From the NCBI GenBank assembly GCA_034428635.1, contig DAOUHR010000156.1, positions 11,076 through 75,075 of the forward strand: 64,000 nt of DNA, given 5' to 3'. Positions 55,445 through 64,000 of the stretch are shown here, piece by piece. A program made the translations under genes and the position numbers. Numbering within the stretch: the first letter of the stretch is position 1; each line of letters opens with the position of its first letter. Origin of the DNA: Dehalococcoidia bacterium (lineage in GTDB: Bacteria > Chloroflexota > Dehalococcoidia > Lucifugimonadales > UBA3495). Below the pieces are notes generated by a model, which made no database searches, had not been told where the DNA came from, and saw only the letters and a program-made list of their open reading frames with translations.

Positions 55445-55473
55445 TTGAAGAAAAGCATTAGTGATGATATTCT
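55445..55473 (+). promoter_or_regulatory. Sigma70-like promoter TTGAAG-N17-TATTCT upstream of AdoMetDC-like gene
   Basis: TTGAAG at 55445-55450, a 17-nt spacer, then TATTCT at 55468-55473. Confidence 0.4.
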
Positions 55474-55502
55474 ATAGTTCGCTGTTTGCCAAGACATAGG
55501 GT

Positions 55503-55534
55503 CGGGGGACGTAACTGTCCCCCGCTTGATTTTT
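55503..55534 (+). terminator. Intrinsic-terminator-like hairpin in the 5' leader (possible attenuator)
   Basis: CGGGGGAC (55503-55510), GTAACT loop, GTCCCCCG (55517-55524), then CTTGATTTTT (55525-55534). It lies between the candidate promoter and ATG 55562, and no plus-strand gene ends upstream of it. Confidence 0.6.
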
Positions 55535-55561
55535 CACTATCGGAGGCGAAAGACAGGAAAA

Positions 55562-55969
55562 ATGCACCTGGTTATTGACGGATATGCCGGCGACACCGGA
55601 AAAATGTGGGACGCGGAACTGGTCAGGAACTTTTTGACAAACTACCCCGACAATTTGGGGATGACGAGAATCACGGAACCGAACGTACTGGAATACAACG
55701 GCCCTAAAATTGAGGACGCCGGCGTTTCGGGGTTTGTTATCATAGCCGAGAGCCATATCAGCATTCATACTTTTCCCTACCGGAATTACGTCAATATCGA
55801 CATCTTTTCCTGCAAGTCTTTTGACAACGACAAGGCAACGCGGGATGCCAAAGATCTTTTTGACCTGACGGACACAAAAACCTGGCTGCTCGATAGGGGC
55901 CTGGAATGGCTGAACAGAGATCAGGGCTTTAGCGAAACCCAGGAACAGCGTTCGGCCCTTCTTTCATAA
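55562..55969 (+). CDS. Pyruvoyl-dependent decarboxylase of the small prokaryotic AdoMetDC (SpeH/SpeD class 1) family; substrate uncertain
   Basis: 135 aa from ATG 55562. [19 protein letters not shown] contains the E|S self-cleavage site and the conserved H.HT.P motif. Confidence 0.8.
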   Translation: MHLVIDGYAGDTGKMWDAELVRNFLTNYPDNLGMTRITEPNVLEYNGPKIEDAGVSGFVIIAESHISIHTFPYRNYVNIDIFSCKSFDNDKATRDAKDLFDLTDTKTWLLDRGLEWLNRDQGFSETQEQRSALLS

Positions 55970-55985
55970 GGCGGAGCTTGAAGCT

Positions 55986-56912
55986 ATGGCCGGGATAAAG
56001 GACAGTCCATTGCCCTGGATCCCGGCTAACTTTTTGGCTTTACCACCCCACCAAAGCGATCTTTCCACCGCCGGCGCTGTCCTTATACCGGTGCCGTGCG
56101 ACAGCACCACTTCCGTTCGTAGCGGTTCCCGCCTGGGCCCTGCGGCCATCCTCGAAGCCTCCTATGCACTGGAAGATTACGACTGGGAACTGGATCAGGA
56201 TGTATCCCGGGTGGGGATTCATACGACCCCAGCCCTGGAACCGCATACTGGCGACCCCGCTCAAATGGTGGAGAGGGTACGCCAGGCCGTTGAACAGTAC
56301 ATTTCGCCCCGCCGCCTGGTGGGCGTGATCGGTGGAGACCACTCAGTCTGCATCGGCTCAGCCCTGGCCCACCTGGAAGAATACCCCCAAATGTCGGTCT
56401 TGTACTTGGATGCTCACGCCGACCTGAAGGACGAGTACCTGGGAACTTCCTGGGGCCATTCGTCAGGCGCCCGCCGTATACACGAACGCTGCCCCGTTAC
56501 ATTGGCGGGGGTTCGCGTGATGGCTCCCGACGAGCACAACTTCTTGAAGGAACGGTCCATACCCGCCTTTGGCTGGCCGCCACCCGCCGGCGGGACGGCG
56601 GAAGCATTTGCGGAACGAGTTGTAGCCCAGCTGAACCGGGAAGTTTACATAAGCCTGGACCTGGACGTTCTGGACCCATCGCTGATGGCAGCCGTAGGCA
56701 CACCGGAGCCGGGCGGCATGTTCTGGAGCGACATTATGGCCGTACTTGTTCGCTTGGCTGCCGATCACCGGATAGTCGGTTTCGATGTGAACGAATTGGC
56801 ACCCCGTGAGGGTCCTCCTGCCTGTTCCTACACTGCTGCCAAGCTCATCTACAAAATAATTGGCCTGACCGCGGCATCCAGCCTCTCACCCGTTTCCGCA
56901 AGCCTGCCTTAA
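55986..56912 (+). CDS. speB: Agmatinase (arginase/ureohydrolase family)
   Basis: GGDHSV, LDAHADL and SLDLDVLDP manganese-ligand motifs. Size and N-terminal region are typical of agmatinase rather than arginase, but specificity is not proven. Confidence 0.75.
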   Translation: MAGIKDSPLPWIPANFLALPPHQSDLSTAGAVLIPVPCDSTTSVRSGSRLGPAAILEASYALEDYDWELDQDVSRVGIHTTPALEPHTGDPAQMVERVRQAVEQYISPRRLVGVIGGDHSVCIGSALAHLEEYPQMSVLYLDAHADLKDEYLGTSWGHSSGARRIHERCPVTLAGVRVMAPDEHNFLKERSIPAFGWPPPAGGTAEAFAERVVAQLNREVYISLDLDVLDPSLMAAVGTPEPGGMFWSDIMAVLVRLAADHRIVGFDVNELAPREGPPACSYTAAKLIYKIIGLTAASSLSPVSASLP

Positions 56913-57422
56913 GCCCATCGGCCACCGGGCTTTTCAAGCAACAGGTTGCCGGGCGGACTTTCCTCCGGTCGGGCCCCTTGCCATACTGGATTGCGGCCTG
57001 CAATCATAGACTAACAAGCTAATGAATTCTGGGCAGTGTCCAAAAGTCGACGGCGGAAAAAACCGCCACTTTCCGCCACCATGAGCGCAGTACCAGCTTC
57101 AATGTGATTAGAAATGAGCGGGAATGGAAGGAAAAAAGACTTTTCCTGTCAGCAATAGATTGTTGTTCTTGGGATAAAGTTCTCGCCACTCATAGGAGGA
57201 CCTGATCTGGTCACAACTGTCGCCATTGGTGGGAGAATGGGAGAAGGGGTTCCCCTTTAATATTGACCGTGTCAGTATGATCCAGGGACGTCCGAAGACG
57301 TCATCGCCCAAACTGAATCTATGGTCAGTTTAGGCTTCGTATGATTATATGAGAGCAGGAACCGGTCTGCCTGTATTCCAGACGAGGTTTCCTTCGAAGC
57401 TCAAACCGATTCCTCCCGAAGT

Positions 57423-58565
57423 ATGCAACCCCCTTCAAAGGAGGGTTCCCGGAACAATATGGACTCATCGATCCGCTTGGGCAGGATTTTCGGCATTCCA
57501 CTGGGCATAAACTATAGCTGGCTCGTAGTTTTCGTCCTGGTGGTTTTCCTCATGTCCTCCAACTTCCAGGATTTGTACCCCCGGTGGACCACCGAATCGC
57601 GTTGGGCCGTGGCAGTGCTTACCGCGGTCCTTTTCTTCCTGTCAGTGCTGCTCCACGAATTGTCCCACAGCCTGGTTGCCCTGGCCTGGGGTATTCCCGT
57701 AAAGGGAATTACTTTGTTCATCTTTGGGGGAGTTTCTCAGTTGGGTCATGAAGCCCAGCGGCCACTGACTGAGTTCCTGGTGTCCGTGGTCGGTCCCGTG
57801 ACCAGCCTGGCCCTGGCGGTGTTGCTCTGGGTGGCCTGGGAACTGGTTGGGGGATACAACTCCCACCTGAATGCCGTCCTTTTTACCCTGTTTGCCATCA
57901 ATCTTTCCCTCGGAGTATTCAACATGCTGCCGGGCTTTCCCCTGGATGGCGGACGCGTCCTGCGGGCTGGCATTTGGGGCGCGACGGGCAATTACTGGCT
58001 GGCCACCAGGCTGGCGCTCCACGCTGGGCAGGGCATAGGCATCATAATGGTGGCGGCAGGATTGTTCTGGGCCATGAACGGGAATATCCAGGCCGTATGG
58101 CTTGCCCTGGTGGGGGGCTTTTTGCTTTACGTTGCAACCTCCAACTACCGGCAGGAATCAGTGCGGCGGTCCCTCCGGTCTCACCGAGTGGAGGAAGCCC
58201 TCTCCGGGGTCTGGCAGCCCCTGCCCGGCCACCTGCCTGCTCTTTCTCCCGAAGCATTGATGGCGCTGTTCGTGACCGGGTACACCGGCCTCCTGGTCGA
58301 TGGCCCCCCCTACGGCGTGGTCACGGGCAGGCAACTCACCTATGTCAATCAGGAGAGTCTTAAATCCGCCACCCTGGCCGAGTTAATGACGCCGCTGTCT
58401 GCTTTCCCCGCCACTAAAGCCGAAACCCCCGTTATCGATGCTTTGGAACGAATGGACGAATCGGGAGATCAGGTAATTGCCGTCATAAGAAACGGCCTGC
58501 CCATTGGGCTATTGAGCCGTATCGAGATTGTTGAGTTGATCAAGGCCAGTCGCCGGCGTAAGTGA
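57423..58565 (+). CDS. M50 site-2-protease family metalloprotease with C-terminal CBS pair
   Basis: HELSHSLVA (HExxH) and NMLPGFPLDGGRV (LDG motif), a multi-TM core, and a CBS region (LAELMTPL...VIAVIRNGLPIGLLSRIEIVE). The start is ATG 57423 or ATG 57459. Confidence 0.85.
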   Translation: MQPPSKEGSRNNMDSSIRLGRIFGIPLGINYSWLVVFVLVVFLMSSNFQDLYPRWTTESRWAVAVLTAVLFFLSVLLHELSHSLVALAWGIPVKGITLFIFGGVSQLGHEAQRPLTEFLVSVVGPVTSLALAVLLWVAWELVGGYNSHLNAVLFTLFAINLSLGVFNMLPGFPLDGGRVLRAGIWGATGNYWLATRLALHAGQGIGIIMVAAGLFWAMNGNIQAVWLALVGGFLLYVATSNYRQESVRRSLRSHRVEEALSGVWQPLPGHLPALSPEALMALFVTGYTGLLVDGPPYGVVTGRQLTYVNQESLKSATLAELMTPLSAFPATKAETPVIDALERMDESGDQVIAVIRNGLPIGLLSRIEIVELIKASRRRK

Positions 58566-58706
58566 ATTGGAAATACTCGGCAAGAGCAGCAGGAGTTGCG
58601 GGCCTGGGAGATCTCCCACGTATAACCTCAAAGTCAGGCCGCAACGTTATCCATCTTCCAAAGCTCCCTGTGCTAAAATGTTGGGCAGGCCAAATTTGAG
58701 GTTGCT

Positions 58707-59900
58707 ATGTCTTCTCCAGGCTTGATTTACCTGGACCACGCCGGCACCACGCCAACCGACCCTCGCGTACTAGAGGCCATGCTCCCCTACTTCACCCAGT
58801 TGTACGGGAACCCCTCCAGTGTTCACACCGTAGGGCAGGAAGCGCGTCACGCCCTGGATACTTCTCGTGAGAGAGTGGCCAGGGTGATGGGCTGCCGTAC
58901 CAGCGAAGTGGTATTCACCAGCGGAGGTACCGAGTCAGACAACGCAGCCATCATTGGAGCGGCCACTGCCTTGCGCGAAACCGGAAACCACATCATCACC
59001 TCCAGCGTAGAACACCATGCCGTCCTGCACACCTGCCAGTACCTGGAGAACCTGGGGTACGAGGTAACCTACTTGCCCGTGGACCGGTTCGGGGCCGTCA
59101 GCCCGGAGCAGGTGTACAATGCCACGGGAGCCGGTACCACAGTGGTTTCCCTGATGTACGCCAACAATGAGATTGGCACCATCAACCCGGTAGCGGAAAT
59201 ATCGCAGGCGGTGCAGCGGCGGGCCCGGGAACTGGACCGGACTATTGTGATGCACACGGACGCGGTACAGGCAGCGGGATTCCTTGACCTGAATGTCCGC
59301 AGCCTGGGCGTGGACATGATGAGCCTGTCCGGGCACAAGTTCTATGGCCCCAAGGGCACAGGGGTCCTCTTTGTGCGGCGTGGCACCCCTTTCCTGCCCC
59401 TACTGTTGGGTGGCGGTCAAGAACGGGAAAGAAGGTCCGGCACCGAGAATATCGCCGGAATCGTGGGTCTGGCCACTGCTCTGGAACTGGCCCATGCGGG
59501 CAGGGATGCAGCCGGCGAGCACTGCGCCGTGCTGCGAAACAAAATTATCGGCGATGTCATCGCGACTGTTCCGGATGCCAGCCTGAACGGGCACCCAACT
59601 AACCGGCTGCCCAACAACATAAACTTTTCCTTCGATGGAGTAGAAGGCGAATCAATACTCCTTGGGCTGGACATGGCCGGTGTAGCGGCCTCCAGCGGAA
59701 GCGCTTGCAGTTCCGGGTCTCTGGAACCTTCTCACGTGCTTCTGGCGTTGGGACAGACCGCGGAACAGGCCCGCAGCAGCCTGCGAATAACATTAGGCAA
59801 AGAAAATACAGAAGAAGAAGTGGACTATTTGCTGGGAGTTCTGCAAGACCTGGTAGCGCGCCTGCGGCAGCTTCCCACGTTGACAACCACCGGTTCCTAG
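58707..59900 (+). CDS. Cysteine desulfurase (IscS/NifS class)
   Basis: [31 protein letters not shown] (PLP lysine) and SSGSACSSG (catalytic Cys loop). Confidence 0.9.
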   Translation: MSSPGLIYLDHAGTTPTDPRVLEAMLPYFTQLYGNPSSVHTVGQEARHALDTSRERVARVMGCRTSEVVFTSGGTESDNAAIIGAATALRETGNHIITSSVEHHAVLHTCQYLENLGYEVTYLPVDRFGAVSPEQVYNATGAGTTVVSLMYANNEIGTINPVAEISQAVQRRARELDRTIVMHTDAVQAAGFLDLNVRSLGVDMMSLSGHKFYGPKGTGVLFVRRGTPFLPLLLGGGQERERRSGTENIAGIVGLATALELAHAGRDAAGEHCAVLRNKIIGDVIATVPDASLNGHPTNRLPNNINFSFDGVEGESILLGLDMAGVAASSGSACSSGSLEPSHVLLALGQTAEQARSSLRITLGKENTEEEVDYLLGVLQDLVARLRQLPTLTTTGS

Positions 59901-59907
59901 AGAAGAT

Positions 59908-60525
59908 ATGAAAAGGTTTTCCAAGCTCATCACAAGACTGTTCCGACCCTTGCTCCTGGTTGCCCTGGCTGTACCATTATTGGCGCTGGTTGGGTGCGAC
60001 GATGTTTCACCCGCCCTCGGCAAGTACTACACAGGCCGTACGCTGCACCTCAGCGTAGTGGCGATGGAAAGGGAGCCCGAGTTAATCTACACCCTTCCAC
60101 GATCGGGCGAGGCGCCCAAGTACTACCGGATTGCTCCCGCAGAGGAAGATCAGGAACTGTTGATGCTGCGGGTTAAGGTGGAGAACCACAAGGCAACCAG
60201 CGCCATCGTGGACATTGACCAGAGCTCTGCCGAGGTGCGCGATTTCTTCCACGACAAGTACTTTCCAATCGACGTGAAGGAACGCCCCGAGGAAATTGAC
60301 GCGCCTGAGAATATCTCCGGGCAAAGGGTCGCCAGGTGTCCTTTCCAGCATCCCGCAGACCTGTGCTTCCTTTGGAATGCCACCTACACCGATGGTTCGA
60401 CCAAAGCTTTCGAACTGCAGCAGGGATTCGGGGTGGATGGCTGGCTGATTTTTGAAGTTCCAAAGGACGCGGAAATTCGAGAGTTGCGTTGGCGGGCCGG
60501 CGATGGCCTAACAATTGAATTCTAG
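59908..60525 (+). CDS. Lipoprotein, DUF4352-like beta-sandwich
   Basis: Lipobox LALVGCDD. LLMLRVKVENHKATSAIVD...GWLIFEVPKDAEI resembles DUF4352 immunoglobulin-like lipoproteins. Confidence 0.55.
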   Translation: MKRFSKLITRLFRPLLLVALAVPLLALVGCDDVSPALGKYYTGRTLHLSVVAMEREPELIYTLPRSGEAPKYYRIAPAEEDQELLMLRVKVENHKATSAIVDIDQSSAEVRDFFHDKYFPIDVKERPEEIDAPENISGQRVARCPFQHPADLCFLWNATYTDGSTKAFELQQGFGVDGWLIFEVPKDAEIRELRWRAGDGLTIEF

Positions 60526-60624
60526 AGTTTACTCTGCTTCTCAAACCTCAAGCTGCCCCGTCAGGATTAGCGCTGCGGGGCGGTACTCTTTGTATGAGCC
60601 GCGTATGCGGCCAGGCGGGGCCCA

Positions 60625-61227
60625 TTGTTGACGGTGGATGTAGGCAAGGGGCCACCCTGGCCCCGCAGACTGTTTCACGCTGCGGTGGGGACGGCAATTC
60701 CCGTAATCGCCTATTTCCTTCCAGACCCGCTGCCTGTTCTCCTGATCGGGATCCTGGCGGCAGGAAGCCTGACCCTGGACCTCGTTCGCCTCCGAATTGC
60801 CTGGCTAAACCGCTTGTTTCTTTATTGGTTGAGCCTGCTGCTCAAAAAGGAGGAAGAAGCGCGCATTACCGGGGCCACCTACCTGCTAATCGCCGCCTGC
60901 CTCTCCTTCTTGATCTTTGACAAGGAGATTGCGATTGCAGTCCTGCTTTTCCTTTCGTTGGGAGACCCCGCTGCCGCCCTGATAGGCAGGCCGATACCCG
61001 GGCCCAGGATATTAGGCAAGTCACCGGTGGGAACAGTAGCGTTCGTGGGTGCTTCGCTCCTGGTGATAGCCGTGCTGACAACAACGGGTGTACTGCAATT
61101 TCACTGGGTTCTGGTAGCCGCGGCCGTAGTTGCGGGCCTGGTAGAACTGGCGCCCATCCCTCTGGACGACAACCTGACAGTTCCACTTATCGCCGGCGCA
61201 TGCGCCCAATACCTACCACTATTGTGA
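60625..61227 (+). CDS. Polyprenol/dolichol/phytol kinase-like (CTP-dependent, DGK1/SEC59/VTE5 family) membrane protein
   Basis: 200 aa from a TTG, with six hydrophobic segments. ITGATYLLIAACLSF...LSLGDPAAALIG...GKSPVGTVAF resembles this family. Confidence 0.55.
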   Translation: MLTVDVGKGPPWPRRLFHAAVGTAIPVIAYFLPDPLPVLLIGILAAGSLTLDLVRLRIAWLNRLFLYWLSLLLKKEEEARITGATYLLIAACLSFLIFDKEIAIAVLLFLSLGDPAAALIGRPIPGPRILGKSPVGTVAFVGASLLVIAVLTTTGVLQFHWVLVAAAVVAGLVELAPIPLDDNLTVPLIAGACAQYLPLL

Positions 61228-61263
61228 AAATTACCGGGATTCCCATAGAGCCGTAGTCGACAA

Positions 61264-61294
61264 GGAAAAAGGGCGCCCCCTTCGAGGACGCCCA
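61264..61294 (-). terminator. Intrinsic terminator after the M20D paralog 1 gene
   Basis: Minus-strand RNA folds as GGCGUCC-UCGAAGG-GGGCGCC (one mismatch), followed by CUUUUUCC (61270-61264). Confidence 0.5.
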
Positions 61295-61320
61295 GACAAG
61301 ATCATCGCAAGCTGCTGCTA

Positions 61321-62667
61321 CTACAGGGCGCCGTCAAACTCTACTACTTCGGCCCGTTGGCGCTGAAAACGCAGGTAAGCGTCTTTCTTCATTGCGGGCC
61401 GGTGCGAGCTTATTACCTCCCTGGCCCTCTTGGCGTCCTCCGCCATAAGGTCTATCACGACCATTGCCATGATCTTGGCAGGGCTGATTACCGCGGTTTC
61501 GTAATCAGTAACCAGGTATTCCTTGCTGTGGCCCGAACCAACCGCGCCTGCCGCATAGGGGTGGCACACGGGAATTAGATGGCTCAAGTCTCCCATGTCA
61601 GTGGAGCCGCCCCGGTTTCGGCGGCCGGGAATTACCAGGGTTCGCGACTCACCCAGCAGGGAAGCGGCATTCTGCCGGAACAATTCCTGCAAGTGGGTGT
61701 CGTGTTTCATGGGCAGGTAGCCAGGGATGTTGGTTATCTTCACCTGGGCCCCTACCGCCAGTGCGCCGGCCTTGAAGCACCGGTCCACAATGGCTGAGTT
61801 CTTGACCACCGCCTTGGGCGTTGCGGAACGAACCCGCCACTCCAGGCGTACGTCGGCAGGTACGGCATTGACCGCCTCTCCACCCTTGGTCATTATCCCA
61901 TGGACGCGCACGGTGTCTTCTCCCCGAAACACTTCCCTGTTGTTGTGGATGGCCTGAAGTGCAAAGGATGCGGCGTTGAGAGCATTGATGCCCATGTGAG
62001 GGGCGCTGCCGGCGTGGGAGCCCCGGCCCAGAAACTGGACGTATTTAACCACGTGACCGTTGCTGGTGCCGCCGACCGCAAACTTGTGCTCGCCCATATC
62101 GCTGGCGGTATGGCACATCATCGCCATATCCACGTCGTCAAATTCGCCGAGGCGGATAAGCTCCTGTTTGCCGCCCATGAACTCAAGCTTTCCTTCCTCC
62201 CGCAGTTGCAAGCGCCTGGCTACTTCGATAAATTCTTCGGCCGGCACAGCAAAGGGAACCAGTTCACCGGAAAGTTCGGCCAGCACATCTGGCTGAGTCA
62301 GGCCTCGGATCGCGCCCAGCATCATCCCGATCTGGCAGTGGTGACCACAGGCATGGGCGGCGCCGGTCTCCCCGTCGGCATGGGGGTGTTCGTTGACTAT
62401 GAGCGAATCCAACTCTCCAATAACCGCGACCCTGGGCCCCGATCCTCCACCGGCCGATACATGCCCCTTGACGCCCGTCATGGCCAGGCCACGCCGGTAA
62501 TCGATGCCCATTTCGTCAAACTTGTCGGCAACAAGCTGGGAAGTCTTGTGCTCACTGAAGCCGGGCTCCGGATTATTCAGAATCTGGCGGGAAACACCGA
62601 TGAGTTCGTCCCGATACCGATCTATGGCGGCGCAAGCCCGTTTTTTCAGTTCTTCTCTAGTTGACAT
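61321..62667 (-). CDS. M20D-type amidohydrolase (peptidase M20 family), paralog 1
   Basis: ATG 62667 gives MSTREELKKRACAAIDRY, parallel to the paralog-2 N-terminus. Contains AHACGHHCQ, GSHAGSAPHMGINAL and GGSTDMGD. It overlaps the upstream paralog's stop by 11 nt. Confidence 0.8.
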   Translation of the reverse strand: MSTREELKKRACAAIDRYRDELIGVSRQILNNPEPGFSEHKTSQLVADKFDEMGIDYRRGLAMTGVKGHVSAGGGSGPRVAVIGELDSLIVNEHPHADGETGAAHACGHHCQIGMMLGAIRGLTQPDVLAELSGELVPFAVPAEEFIEVARRLQLREEGKLEFMGGKQELIRLGEFDDVDMAMMCHTASDMGEHKFAVGGTSNGHVVKYVQFLGRGSHAGSAPHMGINALNAASFALQAIHNNREVFRGEDTVRVHGIMTKGGEAVNAVPADVRLEWRVRSATPKAVVKNSAIVDRCFKAGALAVGAQVKITNIPGYLPMKHDTHLQELFRQNAASLLGESRTLVIPGRRNRGGSTDMGDLSHLIPVCHPYAAGAVGSGHSKEYLVTDYETAVISPAKIMAMVVIDLMAEDAKRAREVISSHRPAMKKDAYLRFQRQRAEVVEFDGAL

Positions 62668-64000
62668 TGTTTTCCGCCTCGAAGGTCTGTTCACTGGCCA
62701 GCGACCGCATGAACGTCAAATATTCGGGTCGAGTCATTTCCGGGCGATGTTCCGCCACAACTTTGTTACCTGAATTGGCTCCATCGGACAGCAGGTCAAC
62801 CACCGTGGCAGCCATGGCCTTGGCCGCCGTAATCACCGCTAATTGGTAGTCCTGGACTACGTAATCGGCGCCGTGCCCAAGACCGGTGGCGCCACCTACG
62901 TATGGGTGGATAGCCGGCATAATCTGGCTGATGTCTCCCATGTCCGTAGACCCGGTCCGGTGGGCGACGTGCCCTACACCCTCGGCGCCCACCAGTTGGG
63001 CCGCGACGGATCTGAAAAGGTCGTTCATCTGGCTGTTTTGGGCGAGGGGCATATAGCCGGGGATGGTCTGGATTCTTACGCCAGCCCCAACCGCCATTGC
63101 GCCGGCTCTTAGGGCACGGTCCACCTTCTTGTTGGCATCCATAATGGCGTCCAGGGTCTTTCCCCGTACGAAGGTCTCCATCCGTACCTCGGCGGGAACA
63201 GCGCTGACGGCCTCACCGCCCTTGGTGATAATGGGATGGACCCTTACCGTATCAGCATCGCGGAAAGTCTCCCGGTTATAGTGAATGGCGGTCAGCGCCA
63301 ACGTCGCAGCGTTTAGGGCGTTGATACCGAGGTGGGGAGACCCGCCGGCGTGGGAACCCTTTCCCAGGAACTGTATCTTCTTGGCCACAGTTCCGTTGTT
63401 GGTGCCGCTGATGCACAGTTTGCCTTCTTCAACGGTACTGGTAGTATGGATCATCATTGCCAGGTCCACGTCGTCGAATTCACCCAGCTTGATCAACTCC
63501 GGTTTACCGCCAAGGAATTCGATCTTCCCGTCCCGGCGAAGTGAGTCCCTATACTCAATTTCGATGTATTCTTCAGCCGGTACGGCAATCAGTGAAATGC
63601 GGCCGCTCAATTCGGAAAGAACTGAGGGTTGGTTCAACCCTACCGCCGCGCCCAACAGCATTCCGATCTGGCAGTGGTGGCCACAGGCATGGGCTGCCCC
63701 GGAGGAAGAGTCCGCAAAGGGGTGTTCGTTGACTATGAGTGAATCCAACTCCCCCATCAGGGCCATCGTCGGCCCAGGACTGCCACCCAGAAGGTCGGCG
63801 CGCACGCCTGTCAAACCCAGACCGCTTCTGAAAGGAATTCCCATTTCCGCCAGGGCGTTACAAACCAACTGGGAGGTCTTCACTTCCCTGAATCCGGGCT
63901 CAGGATTGTTAAGTATGGTCTGGGCCAGGTTTATCAACTCATCGGCACGGGAGTCGATGGCTTCGAATACCTGGAGTTTGAGCTCTTCCCTGGATGGCAA
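62657..64000 (-). CDS. M20D-type amidohydrolase, paralog 2 (start at or just beyond right window edge)
   Basis: 447 aa in the window. (L)PSREELKLQVFEAIDS aligns residue-for-residue with the paralog-1 N-terminus, so the TTG at 64000-63998 may be the true start. Contains AHACGHHCQ, GSHAGGSPHLGINAL and GSTDMGD. Confidence 0.8.
   Translation of the reverse strand: MPSREELKLQVFEAIDSRADELINLAQTILNNPEPGFREVKTSQLVCNALAEMGIPFRSGLGLTGVRADLLGGSPGPTMALMGELDSLIVNEHPFADSSSGAAHACGHHCQIGMLLGAAVGLNQPSVLSELSGRISLIAVPAEEYIEIEYRDSLRRDGKIEFLGGKPELIKLGEFDDVDLAMMIHTTSTVEEGKLCISGTNNGTVAKKIQFLGKGSHAGGSPHLGINALNAATLALTAIHYNRETFRDADTVRVHPIITKGGEAVSAVPAEVRMETFVRGKTLDAIMDANKKVDRALRAGAMAVGAGVRIQTIPGYMPLAQNSQMNDLFRSVAAQLVGAEGVGHVAHRTGSTDMGDISQIMPAIHPYVGGATGLGHGADYVVQDYQLAVITAAKAMAATVVDLLSDGANSGNKVVAEHRPEMTRPEYLTFMRSLASEQTFEAENNVN

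Noticed and set aside
57108-57311. 67-aa minus-strand ORF in the AT-richer intergenic region
   Set aside because: No SD, atypical composition for this genome, and no recognisable motif.

Overview
This is a gene-dense, high-GC (roughly 58-60% by eye) bacterial chromosomal window. The gene content includes an F420-type luciferase-like oxidoreductase, DUF1800, many amidohydrolases, frequent TTG/GTG starts and selA. That mix resembles Chloroflexota/SAR202-like genomes, but this is inference only. I support about 56 protein-coding genes and found no rRNA, tRNA or CRISPR array by eye.

Housekeeping genes: tsaD, tilS, thrS, plsY, prfB (with its programmed +1 frameshift), ribD-ribE-ribBA, dcd, selA, rimI, coaE, cinA and a cysteine desulfurase.

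Accessory blocks:
- A DUF1800/VOC/LLM/PuuE-like/M20 cluster.
- An orphan DppD/DppF-type ATPase pair.
- A GGT / CMD / AtzE-AtzG-like amidase cluster.
- An ECF sigma / anti-sigma / SIMPL operon. The anti-sigma carries a collagen-like G-X-Y tract.
- A bacterial EndoQ homolog.
- A translationally coupled operon of coaE, a CbbQ/NorQ-type AAA+ ATPase, a CoA-pyrophosphatase-type Nudix and a 1086-aa CbbO/NorD-like VWA protein, with no recognisable client gene nearby.
- A four-gene operon of ABC ATPase, ABC-2 permease, GldG-like protein and DUF4340.
- An AdoMetDC-homolog + agmatinase pair, which may really be a pyruvoyl arginine decarboxylase pathway.
- Two tandem M20D amidohydrolase paralogs.

Non-coding structure:
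- Two MITE families, two copies each. One has 17-bp TIRs and perfect 10-bp target-site duplications. The other has TGTCGTCAAA-type TIRs and TA duplications.
- A shared 10-bp-phased GGCAC/GTGCC iteron-like element in the two large non-coding gaps (5468-6507 and 37457-39025).
- Three perfect short tandem duplications of 15, 18 and 24 bp.
- Several sigma70-like promoters and intrinsic terminators, including a promoter plus terminator hairpin in the leader of the AdoMetDC-like gene.

All calls rest on reading the sequence and the supplied translations. No database search was run.
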